Of a stretch of DNA of 64,000 nt, positions 36,712-48,300 are shown in pieces. Below the pieces are notes generated by a model. That model saw only the letters and a program-made list of their open reading frames with translations. It made no database searches and had not been told where the DNA came from. The position numbers were made by a program, and so were the translations under genes. Source of the DNA: Sarea resinae (lineage: Eukaryota); contig JAPEUD010000030.1 of assembly GCA_026026165.1 (NCBI GenBank), positions 124,001 through 188,000 of the forward strand, written 5' to 3'. Each line of letters begins with the position of its first letter. Positions within the stretch are counted from its first letter, which is position 1.

Positions 36712-37653
36712 CTATCGTCTTTTAAGAGTGTCAGGCAGGCTTGCCGCCTCTTCGATTGATATCTGGTAAAGGCGCAGATATAAGTCTTGATACAGGGGAT
36801 AATCATGAGAAATTTGGTTGCGGCGTTCGAGGTAATCCTTTTCGAAGAGGAGTCGTGCGAAACTCCGCCGAGGTTCGCGGACGACCTTGTTTTGGTCGAC
36901 GCGTTTCTAATAGATATGTTAGGCTTGAACTACGGACAGAAAGATGCATCCCTCAAAGTACCTTGGGCATATTTTTGAACTCTTTCTGATACTTGTTATC
37001 AAGCCCAAATTTTGTCCTGAATTCGTGCGGTGCCATGTTTGCCAGCCATAAAGCTGTTGCATCCGTCTTCGTGTTGGAAACGTCGTGATCGTTTGCTGAA
37101 GAAGACGATGAGCTTCCCTTTTTTGGCGTGTTCTTGGGCTTGCTTTTCATAGCTTGTGCTTTCGTCTCGAGGTCCTTCGCAAATAACTTCAAGGTCTCAT
37201 ACGATAGGTGAATTTTCTCTCCATCTGAAGCTCATAGAGACTGCCTTCCAGTTGATCGTTCTTGGCGTCCTGAGCGACGTTTCTCGCCTCGAACTCGGCT
37301 TTAAGGTCGGCGAACTTGGCGTCGAACCTGACTTTGAGGTCGGCGATACCTTTCAAGATATCGGCATGCTCTTGGTCCTTCCTCTTCTTTTCTATAAGAA
37401 TGAATGTGAGCGAACGTCTGCTTTGCTTACGATACTACTTACCCTGCACAAATGCTGTGGCGTCAACTCTGGTGTTGATATGGAGAAGCCCTGTCCTCTG
37501 CCTATATTCGAGGATGGACCTATCTTCTGTGATCGACGGCGGTTCTAGTCGGATTCCGCTCTCACTCCCTTCGAAATCGTCCGGCAATTTACGCTTCAGT
37601 GACGAGCTCGGTGATGCTGCTGGGGCGTCTCGGTGATAATTCGCCGGCGACAT
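36712..37653 (-). pseudogene. Orphan 3-exon gene (coiled-coil middle) with a single frameshift near 37200; pseudogene or sequencing error
   Basis: ATG at 37653 (MSPANY..); intron GTAAGT..CTCAC..TAG; exon KKRKDQEHADILKGIADLK..; frame jump at TATCG/TATGAG; intron GTACTT..CTAAC..TAG; last exon ..SFARLLFEKDY..SIEEAASLPDTLKRR*. Confidence 0.55.
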
Positions 37654-38689
37654 CTCTGACGAAGGTGTCCCTTTCTTTGGAGCAGTGCTGTCAATGGTCC
37701 GCCAGTCCCGTGGTTCAAATGACTCAAATGGTCTGGTATAATAGTGTGGTCCAATGTTTCTAGACGGACAATTGGAACCATCGACAGCCCTGCTTTGGAG
37801 GAGATACGTCGACAATGAACTCAGCCATGGCGACCATACCGATATTTGAACAACACAACAGACGTGAACAGGCAGCAGGAAACAGATGGTGCGGTGCGGA
37901 ATATCACAGCTAAGGGGGACAAGTCGGCGGCTGATTGATATCCAACGTTGTCCACGAAGAAATAGTGACGAGGGGACTAGGTCAAGTACGGTCGTATATT
38001 TCGAGAAGCACACTCGACCCCCTTAATTGTGCAGTACTACCGATTTTCGAATGAGTCTTCCACTTGAGTCACTTCACCAACTACCTTGCTATTCAGTCCT
38101 ATATGGAAGGCACCTATGCAAGAGCGTCCAAGTCTCGATTCGACGTACAGATTACTACGGCAGTACTGATCTCCGAGTACTTCCCTCCCTGTATCTCTCA
38201 TGCTGCAACCTCCCAGCGGGTCATGTGATCTCCATTAGTCAGCTCTACTGCATACTGCAGGACTCCATAGTGCTCGGCTGTTGCCGACGATGACGACGGG
38301 GGGATGGAGCTCCCGCGGATGGGATACGAGTAATGGACGGTAGAGCTTCTCCGGAGAGAGCTGCTCGGACCAACTTTCCTTTCTCTGGTCTGGAGCTTCA
38401 ACGCTCGTCCATGGATCTGGTGGAGCATCTCAGCGCTATGCATACCCCGGTTGTCTGGGGTATAAGCTGGCTCGGTTTCTCCGCATTCTCTCTGCTCTCT
38501 CCATCCTCTCTATCCTCTCCATAACATCCTCCCTACGACGGAATATTGTCCAGGCCCGCTCCAGACCTTCACTGCTCTGGAGCCTCAGAGACTGATTGAT
38601 CCGTGTTCTGCTCTACCAGACCCCAAAGGCCCCATCCTCCTCTTCGCGTCTCTGCTCTACGCAGCAATCTCGTTCGGATCGAATTCCTG

Positions 38690-39939
38690 ATGGCTTCGAT
38701 ACGCTCCATCGCCGGGGTGGTGCTGCCCGTGCTGCCCGTGGTGGCCGTCTACGGTTTTCTCAGTCTGGCAAATCAGGACGGCTTCGCGGACACGATTGCG
38801 CAACTCTATGAACCAGGCCAGTCTCTTCCTGGCACCGACCTCCCGGTCAAACAGTCTTACACGGGCGTCAAGCAGTTGGACCACGTTCTGATAGCCCTGG
38901 TCGGCTTCTTCTGGACCGTCGTCGATGGAAATGCGCCCGAAACATCGCTGTACACCTTTCACTTTGTCGGATCCATGACGGCTCTGTGGCTACTGCTGAT
39001 GGTGGAATCCGAGAGGGTCGGTAACCGATGGAGAGCAGTGTCGTTGTATGTCTCCAGATGCCCGATTCGGTGTTCTTGTCGCTCAATACTAACGCCTTTA
39101 TCCATTTAAGCCTTGCGATCTGGGGTCTTACGGTCAACACCGTCTCGTTCGGCGTGACAATGCCAACATACGCTCTCGTACACCTGCTCACGTCGCCCAC
39201 AACAATGAGCTCCGGCCCACGCGCTGCGACGCCGCCATCTTCGGTCTTATTCGTGGCCCCCTCGAAACTCGCCGTCATGCCTTGGTCGATAGGTGTCGGA
39301 CTGTTCGTGCCGACTGTCCTGGCATGCTTACCAGTGTCTGAGTCCATTCCTTCCTCACTCAAGCAGAATCTGGTAGCTTTTTGGCAGCCGTTCCCCGTCT
39401 GGGTGGCCATCAGCCAATTTGTCCTCTCCAGCATCTCATCGTCGCTTTTCACAACAAGCAACAAGGCCGGTCCCTTATCACATCTTCGTCGTCTATACAG
39501 CGTAGCTGCCTACATTGGCCAGGCGACCCACGTCTCATCCATTTTCCTCAGCCTCATCGCCTACATCTTCCCCACCCTCTTCGCTCCGGGAGTTGCTGCG
39601 CGTCTCCATCCAGCCACCGTCTTCCTGCCCCTGCCATTCTGGTCCAGCACCATCGCCAAGGGTAGCCCCGGCGAAGGAAGCCTGCACATGATGCACTGGG
39701 ACCAGGCCCTCGGCATCGCCGGTATGGTCCTCTGGGCTCTCGTCCTCTACCGCAACGCCTTTGCCTACTCGCCCAAGAAATGGGAAGGATGGTTCTCCGT
39801 ATTGCACGATTCCACGATCAGCTTCGTCCTGGAAGGCCCCGCTGCCTCGATCATCCGACTCGTCGCCGCTCGAGATGAGTTGCTATTGGGAGAGCTCACG
39901 AGCGAGGGCCCCAACAAGGGCGCCGGCGCAAAGCGCTGA
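38690..39939 (+). CDS. Multi-pass membrane protein resembling the CtvD/AurD/PaxA(AtmA) group of fungal secondary-metabolism hydrolases/cyclases; intron 39046-39110
   Basis: YTGVKQLDHVLIALVGFFW..DG, LLMVESERVGN, WQPFPVW and MHWD motifs as recalled for this group; ~8 hydrophobic segments; canonical intron. Confidence 0.7.
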
Positions 39940-40120
39940 GCTGACGGGCTTCACGTCTGATCTGGGTGAGGGAGGCATTCTCGCGGTTGACGCCCATGGG
40001 AGAGGATATACCACGGGGTCAGAGTCGGAGATTCCAATTGTATACTAGGTAGAATCAATAGTCACTGCTAGGCTAGATGTATATCAATGTACAAAGATGA
40101 TCAATCTAGTTTTAAGTACT

Positions 40121-40148
40121 ACACACACACACACACACACACACACAC
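40121..40148. repeat. (AC)14 microsatellite
   Basis: Directly visible. Confidence 0.95.
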
Positions 40149-40504
40149 TGACGATAACAACTCAATGACACCATTCTATGTATGCGGATGTGAGAAAGGA
40201 GGTCTTCTGGGTTGGTCTATTGGTCTCCCTTTTGGTCTGGTCGGGCGCGGGGGGGTCTTGGCTCGAAGGTCTTCCCTTTTTATTGGGAAGAGGGGAGGGG
40301 TTCATCTGGCGTCCTAGCTGCTTCGTCGAATCGCCGATGACGGTGCTCTGCCGTGTATCTATCTATCTATCTATCCATCCCGTGGTCTGAGGATCTATCT
40401 ATTCGTAAACACTCCAGTCCCCTCCTCGATCTCCCCTCCCATCTCCCCTTTTCCCTCTTCCCCCTTCCTCCCTCTAGCCAGAAAACAAAAGAAAAGAAAA
40501 AAAT

Positions 40505-41636
40505 TCAGTCCCAATATCCCGGAAACAGCCACGCCAGCTTCTCGAGGGCCTCGGCTCCCCTGCCCGCAGCTGCCGTCATGCCGCCGGCAAACCTCATACT
40601 GCCCTCCAGATGCCTCGCCTGCACGAGATCGGCGTGGGCCTCCTTGCTCAACTCGTCCAGCACGCGCGCGACGACGCGCCGGGCGTTGTTGGCGTTGGCT
40701 TTCATGTGGCCCATGACGACCTCCACGGTGACGTCTTCGTTGCCTTCGCCGCCGTCGCCGCTGCCTGGGACGACGTCTCGCCGCCAGCAGTCGTAGTCGG
40801 TCGCCATGCAGATCATCGAATACGCCATCTCGGCCTCGCGCGCCAGCTTGGCTTCGGGCAGGGCCGACATGTTGATCACGGTGCCGCCCCACGAGCGGTA
40901 CAGGCGCGACTCGGCCCGCGTCGAGAACTGCGGGCCTTCCATGCAGATCAGCGTGCCGTCGCCGTGCAGCCTCGGCCCTTGTTCCGCCAGCGTCGTCTCT
41001 GCGATTGCCTCCTGCGGCGTTTTGCCGTCGTCCTCGTGGTGGTGCACGAGCGCTTCGCCGGCCACCCGCTTCACGACGCCCCGCAGCGCCTCGTCGAACG
41101 GGTCCGCGAATCCGACATGCCCCACCATGCCCTTCTCGAAGAAGGTCCACGGCCGCACGCCCTTGGTGCGATCGATGACCTGGTCCGGCACGACGAAGTC
41201 GCGCGGCCGGACGTCCTCCTGCAGGCTGCCGACGGCCGAGAAGGCGATGACGGTGCGCACGCCCAGCGAGCGCAGCGCGGCGATGTTGGCGCGGCTCGGC
41301 ACCTCATGCGGCGCCAGCTCGTGGTGCAGCCCGTGCCGGCTGAGGAAGGCGATCGGGATGTCGGCGTGGCCGGCGTTGGGCGACGGGTGGTGCAGGATCG
41401 AGATGGGCGACGAGGGCGCGCCCCATGGTGTCGACGGCGTCAGTGTTGCTACGTGTGTGAAGTGCGGGAGGGACTGGATGCCCGTGCCGCCTATGACGGC
41501 GATGCGAACGGGATCTATGAGGGACTTTTGTCAGCGTTCGTGATCACAATGAGCTGGCCTGTTTTTCTTCGTTTTCGGGGGTGAGCAGCTGCGGCCGGGC
41601 GAATCTACCTTTGTATGTGTCCGCCACGCCTGCCAT
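40505..41636 (-). CDS. MEU1: S-methyl-5'-thioadenosine phosphorylase (MTAP); intron 41515-41608; possible upstream in-frame start at 41738
   Basis: IAVIGGTG, TPWGAPS, FLSRHG..H, ANIAAL, SAVGSL, DQVIDRT, CMEGPQFSTRAES, INMS..PEAKLARE, ATDYDCW. Confidence 0.97.
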
Positions 41637-42088
41637 TTTGCGGTAGCCAATGGAAACGGATCTGGCGTGCTGGAAGCAGGAGTGGGAAGATGGCAAGGTC
41701 GGGCGGGAGAAGCGACGCAGAGGGACGAGGTTGAGCATGCAATGGGGCGAGAAGATGAAGAATATATTGAAGTTGGTGGGGTTGGCAGTGGTTGGTGTTG
41801 GTGGGGCAGACGATCGGTGAGAATTCGTGATGTGGGCCGTGCGCCAGGGTCTATCGATGGTACGTACAAAGTATCATGAATCTTCAACAGTCTACTCTAT
41901 CAATCGGTCTTTTCGCTGACTTATCAAACATATATAGCCTTCATGTCCCGAGTAGAATATTCTGAAGGGCCTTTTTAGACGGAGGTTGACGGCCTGTACA
42001 ACCAGCCAGCAACGCATGCTTCGTGACGGAACCCCAAAACGCCTTAGAGATGCCGTTGAACTTCGCATGAAATATTTGAACCACATCC

Positions 42089-44524
42089 TTACAGGCCCCT
42101 GAAAACGTTTCCACTTGCGCTTCTCCTCCCGTCATCCCTCCTCCCTTTCCTCCCACCGGTACTTTCGCTAGGCTTCTCAGCCCTCTCCCCACCCTTGCTC
42201 CGTCGCTCAGGGGCAAATGTGACTTGTTTCTCGCCCACAACACCGGCACCATTCCGTTGGCCTGAAGCACCGCTTCTAGACCGGCCATTGTTCGTGTGCG
42301 TGGCAGCGCGGGAACCAAAAGATCGATCGCGAGATTGTTGAAAGCGTTGTTGGTTGTGGGAGGCAGAGGACGAGACGCGCATTTGTGGGCCTTGCTGCGG
42401 TTGAGCTTGTTGGCGCCGATGACCTGACTTCTTGTACGAGGATGAAGAAATGCGGCCCTTGTCCTTTGCCTTCTGCTTTCGCTCTTCCTCCTCTTCCGAG
42501 CCTGACTCGTCGGACGAGCTCGATCGATGACGCTCGTCTAGCTCTTCTTCTTCGACAGCGGTCAGGCCACGGCCTTCTCGTGGTGCAACGGCAGTCGAGG
42601 CGTCGACCTTGGTGCTGGGGTTCAGCGACTGGAACTCTCGAGATGTTTCATCGACAGCAAAGTCCTCGTCCTGGAAGAGCCTGGAGAAGCGAGAGTCCCC
42701 TAGAAGACCCTTGCCATCGACCTCGGCCTCTTCTTCTCCGGCCTCCTCCTGAAGGGCAGCATCGGCTGGCACCTCGACATCGCCATCCTCGTCGCCACCC
42801 TTTTCGATAACCCGACGAGCCTTGCGCCGCTCGTTCTTCTCCTGGCGCTCTAGCATCTTCTCGGCGAGTTTGCGGTTCACCTTCACTGATGCCTTCTTGG
42901 TGCCTCGGATGCGAGATTCGCGCTCACGGTTGATCTTCTCTTGGATTGACTTGGCCCGTTGCTCCTCGAAGGATTCGGGTTGAGAGATTAGTCGCGCCTC
43001 TTCGTAGAGGCGTTGAGCGACGAAGTAACTAGGATATTGATGTCAGTTCATAATCCCCTTAATCTCGAAAAGAAGAAGACCAACCCATGCATATACGGAC
43101 GAAGGAGATTGGTTGTCCCAACAAGATGATCAAGATTTAGTTCGCGCAACTGCGGGACGGTCAAGAACTTGTAATTATCATAGACCTCGCCGACACCCTG
43201 TTTTCCAAATGCGTTGGGGTCATTGGGATCTTCTGCCATTTCTTCGACAATATTATCGAGGAATGAACACCATTTCGGTGCTGGGCCCAGCTGCGGGATG
43301 AAAAATGAGTGCTGTTGTCGGCCTTCGTTTGCTGTCAAGAGCATTCCACTGTCTTTGCACCAGGCAACCGAGTTGATGTCCACAGCTGGTTCGACGGATG
43401 TCCATGGGTTACCGTTTCGTGTATCCCAGATCTTGATAATTCGTTTGTCGGCGGAGAGGATCTTTGGTTCGGATGTCTGGAGACGTGATGATGTAGATGG
43501 GGTGAGAAATGTGAGGGTTTGTATGGGGAAGCCATATCCCTGGTCCTTTTTTAGAAGTGGTACAGGGGACCGGAGATCGTAGAGATGTACGAGGCCTGCA
43601 GAGGACCCTGTGGCGAAGGTCAAGCCAGATTGGTGAAATTCCAACGCCGAGATCGAAGGGTGACCGTCGAAGCTATTTGAAGTATTCGGAGGCCCCAAGA
43701 TCCCCGCTCTCGCTCGCGACCTTGGATCCCAGAATTCTACCGTTCCTACAGACGTTCCAAAGGCAAGTAGATTATGACTATCTTCAGCGATGGCCGCCGC
43801 ATTGACGCTGCCCGTGTTGATGCCACCTTGCAGAGCACCTCCTCCCGATGAAGTGAAATCATCCCCTCCCACATCGACTTCATAAGCCTTCATGAACCGT
43901 CCAACCTCTAGATTTATCCTAAAGACCTCTCCCATGCCATCCGCGTTGACGCCGGTAGAAGGCACCAGTGCTTCAGCGGATCGTTTGTCGTACTTTAGAT
44001 CTCGACCGTATCGTGGTATTCTTATCGTGTAATGGCATCCTTGAGGGACATGGAACTCCAAAGATCGATCTGATTGTAGATGAAGGGATTTCGAGTAGTC
44101 GGACGAGAGCAGAAGGAAGGTTTGGTTGAGGGAGGTCGTATGGCGGGCGAAGGAGAGAGAGAGATGGGGAAGGTAATGCGTGTGTATCTGCGGTTTGTAT
44201 GTGCCTGTCATGAAGATCAGCCAAGACGGTCGACGTGGGGTCTGTCGCAGAATGCACCGCATCGCAGACACTTGCGACAGGCTAGAAATGGGAAAACACA
44301 AACATACCAGTGCTCATGACCCACTCGCCGTCATCGCTGACTCGTACACACATACTCGCCTCTTCAAACTCAAAGTCCTGCAAAAGTTCGACCCTGTTGG
44401 CGAACTCGGGATCCGTCTTCAGGCTTCTCTTCCGCTTCCTGACCAGCCATTCTGGTAGAGGCCGAGCGGTCGAGGAGCCCGAGATGGTATAGACCGGCAC
44501 CCCGGAATGGTTTGTGAGCTTCAT
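42089..44524 (-). CDS. ENP2: Ribosome biogenesis protein Enp2/NOL10 (WD40 + NUC153); introns 44205-44307 and 43029-43084
   Basis: VELLQDFEFEEASMCVRVS..TG|TYKPQIH; IPQLGPAPKWCSFLDNIVEE; YDNYKFL; LLRPYMHG|YF; DSRFSRLFQDEDFAVDE. Confidence 0.96.
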
Positions 44525-45353
44525 CTCTCCGAATGGTTCCGAGACGTCTTTGGCGCGCTTCGGGAGCTTTTTCGCTCAAGAGCGACGTGAGATGGGGATC
44601 AGAGATCAGAGCGGGAATGCTGAGACGAATCTTGATGCTTGGATGCTTCAATAATTTCTTGGTCTCGCTAAGGGAGATGGAAGAACTACGTTATCTTATC
44701 TGATGGACGGAGATGATATCAGTCTGATCTAATCTAATCTGGCGAGCTCAGGGCTCCCTTCGCATCGCCGGCCGACGCGCTTTTGTCCCATGAGGCGTGA
44801 GATGGGTTGCGGAGAGCGAAGCGTGGGGGTCCGTCCATGTGGGAGTTCGACATTTGGATAGCAGCCATCTCACATCTCATCGCACTGTGCACATTCTCTA
44901 CAAATTCGGGCTTCTTCTTCACAGCAGTGAATCAGCATTGGAAATCTCAGCATTGTGGCTTTGAATTTGAAGCAGATCTATCCTGCATGCTTTCCCATCG
45001 AGATCCGCATCGCACTTGTCCTATCTAAGACCGCCTCCATAGGCCTTCTATCGAGCGCCAATTGCAGCTTATATTCCTCTAATAGGGCGTGGATCTTCCA
45101 ATGAGCTTCAGCGCAGTACTTTCGCTCTACACGACAGCTTTCTACGACTCCCGAATTTGCTTCCGCTAGAGACCAGGATGTACTTGTTCCACGAAACCAA
45201 TCCCTCTTCCTGGCGCAATCGAACGACATATCCATAGTCTGTCGACACTTGGTTTCTTGGCTCTGTTCTGTATATCCGTTCCTCGGCGTTTTGACGATTG
45301 GATGCGGGGCCACTGGGTAGCTCTTGAGGATATTGGCGTTCTGATAGTTGGAG

Positions 45354-48300
45354 ATGGATGACCCGAGCCAGTATCTCACAAACGTCCACAAGTTGGTGAG
45401 TAGCTCATTCTATGACGAGTCAGGCTGGAGCTGAAACTGCACTAGGACAAATACCCAACTATTCCTTTTGCTGTCTACCGTTCAGTTGAGGATACTATCG
45501 ATGGCGTCGAAAATGAGGGTGTACATTCGGCTTTTCAAGGGGACGATCAAGGCCTCGCTCCTTCGCATGGCCAGCCTATAAAGGATCTCAAGAGAGCAGA
45601 GAGATGGCTACGGAATCGATCGTTTTTGGTGGCACATCATCGTGGAAACCGGGAGCTATGGCTGTTTCAAAAAGGAGGGAATATCGCCAAGCCTCAGACG
45701 GACCAGGATACCGACCAAGATGTCGGTCCCGAGGAGCTGACCCCCCCAGATGGCATTGCATTAAGGAGTATGACTGCCATAGCACTGTTACAGCCTCTTA
45801 TGAATTATCTCTAACAACGATATTGACAGGAATATTACAAGGCGTTTTTCACTCGTCTTCACTCGATAAGAAAGGTCAATCATCGACTCGCGCTCCCGCC
45901 ACAGCACCTCTGCATACAGGATCCGAGCAAGCGTCGCGAGGAACTCAGGGCCTTCACTCCTCTGGGATTCAGGCAAGCACAGCTACAAATGCACCATCAA
46001 TGCCCGCACCTTCATCTACCCATGGTCACGTTGAACCTCAGCGACGGCGTCAACTCGACTCCTCTGATATCTATTCCCTCTTTATTACTGCAGTCATCTC
46101 CATGATCTCTTTCCAACTATCACGAGATCATGGCTACATACCACTAAGTTCTCGAATACTTCTTGCACCCTCTTCAATCCCATCGGTATCAAGCCATGGA
46201 CGATCAGAGAGGGCATCCCTGATCATCACAAGCCTTGACGCGCGATTAACAACCCTTGGGACGCTCATATTGTCCTTGACACCACGTCCAGATTTGGACC
46301 TTGACCTGGTATCCCGGAACCCCCTACCACTTCGCAATGCCAAATATTCAGTCCTCCTCCTGGCGCCTGGTGGTCGCCTTGCTTACTTTCTTGGGAGCGA
46401 CGGAGAAGACGAAACTGAACAAGCACTCGGAGAAGATATATCCTCGGAGCAAGGTCGCCGAGAGGCCAGAAGCCGTCTTGCACATAAAGAGCAAGAGCGC
46501 AGTGCAAAGTGCTCTGCCCAAAGATGGTTGGAGCAGCGGGGCATCGTTCTGGCAAACCTTGACGACGACGCAAATTGGATCAAAGTGGAAGTCCCAGCCG
46601 AAGGGGAAGGGACCGGAAGCAATCAAAATGAAGACGTATTGCCTCTAGTCATTTGGTGGCCAGCAGCGCTATCTTTCTACAAAAGTAAGGATGTTGAAAT
46701 TTTGCTCTCCGCAGAAGAAAATTCTCAGCATGCTGCTAAGCCCGACCTTGAAACCTTCCAAATTCCTGAGCAAGACCCACTCTCTTTTGTAGAAGAGTGG
46801 TTCCAAAAAAAAGGCGAAAGACACGACCTCACAGAGTCTAGATGCATAGCTCGAGAAGCCGAGAAGAAAAGGAGTGTCGGCGAAGCCACCGTCGGACGAG
46901 ATCAAACTGCAACCATAGACGCTATACCTCGAGCCAACAATTATGGAGACCTTCAGGCGGCTAGTAGAGTCTATCCTACACCACCAGATGGCCTTCACGT
47001 TCCAGGGGTCCAAGGGATCAACTTCCAGGATGGCAACGCCTCGATCGTGGCCGGTAACGCGGAGTCCCATCCACCAAAAAGTGACACTGACGTAGATATG
47101 GCCGGCCTCGATGACTCAAAGACAAGCGAAAAAATCAATGCTGAGGGTCAAGACATAAAAATGCCCGACCTTGGGATGAGTGCAGGCAATATTGATACTA
47201 GCGGCGACGACGACCTTTTTGGAGATATGGACTTTGATCGTTTCACGGAGAATGGAGTCACGGAGGCGGACTTCAGCTTCTTCGACGAACCAGACTTTGG
47301 GGACATGGATGACTCGACGGCCGTTCAAGCTAATACAGACGTCAAAGATCAAGATGTACAAGCCAACAATGAGAATTTGGTCCCGACGCACAAGGATAGC
47401 AGTCCTTCGAACCAGGTCAAACAGCCTAGTTCATCTAGCGCAAAGCGGCAAGTCTCCCAGGACCTTGATACAGATTTGCTCCCTGGACCTGCCATGACTA
47501 CACCGGCAACCGAGGAGAGAGCACCGGTCAGAGAAGAAGGGCCAGAGACTGGATTAACTATCAAGGACCAAATATCGTCGGAAGAGGATGAAGAGAACAA
47601 GGCACAAGAGAGCCCACCTCTCAGCCCAGACCGCATTTTTCAAAAACTCTTCCCTCATCTGAGCTCTCCCGGTGCTCAACGACAGATGTTGCCCCCTACA
47701 GGCAATAATTCGCCCGTGTTGGAACGCCATTCTCGGAGAAGGAGCATTTTTGACGCCGTGTCCTTTGATCAGAATTTTGGCCAATTCGACAAGAAATACG
47801 GCTCACAGGGGCGCTTTGGGTTCGAGTCGATCGCTCCAAATACAGGAAAAAAGTCAAATGAGGTGTCTTCCCCTCACCCTACTTCAATACCAAATATCGG
47901 GCTTCCGAAGCCCAAGAAAAAGACTCGATCAATAACCAATATTGAAAGCCCTTCCCACAAAATGACCGCAGCCGAAGCCCTTGAGGCCCTTCCTGAAAAG
48001 GGTGAAGACGACGAAGATGATGATCTGGGTTCAGAGGATGATGACAGCGATGACTTCACGAGCTCAATCTCCGGGCAAGATGATACAAGCATCTCTACAG
48101 AAACTTGTACTCCTACGCTTGCTCCTCATTCAGGCACGAAACGAAAACGGCATTGGGACGGTGGTGATGAGTCAGTGGCCTCTTCGATGCAACGACTTGC
48201 TTTCGACAAGGATAGCGAGGATGAAAACTTGAGGACCTACTTGCCCAGCGAATTCGACTTCCTTGACTCTGACTCTACGTCTTGGCCATGGAAAAGCGAT

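Noticed and set aside
40395..41584. Long alternative-frame and antisense ORFs over MTAP
   Set aside because: Shadow ORFs from extreme GC3 codon bias.
44734..45391. Minus-strand ORFs between ENP2 and MED13
   Set aside because: Non-ATG starts, overlap with MED13 exon 1 and no coherent spliced model; treated as a divergent promoter.
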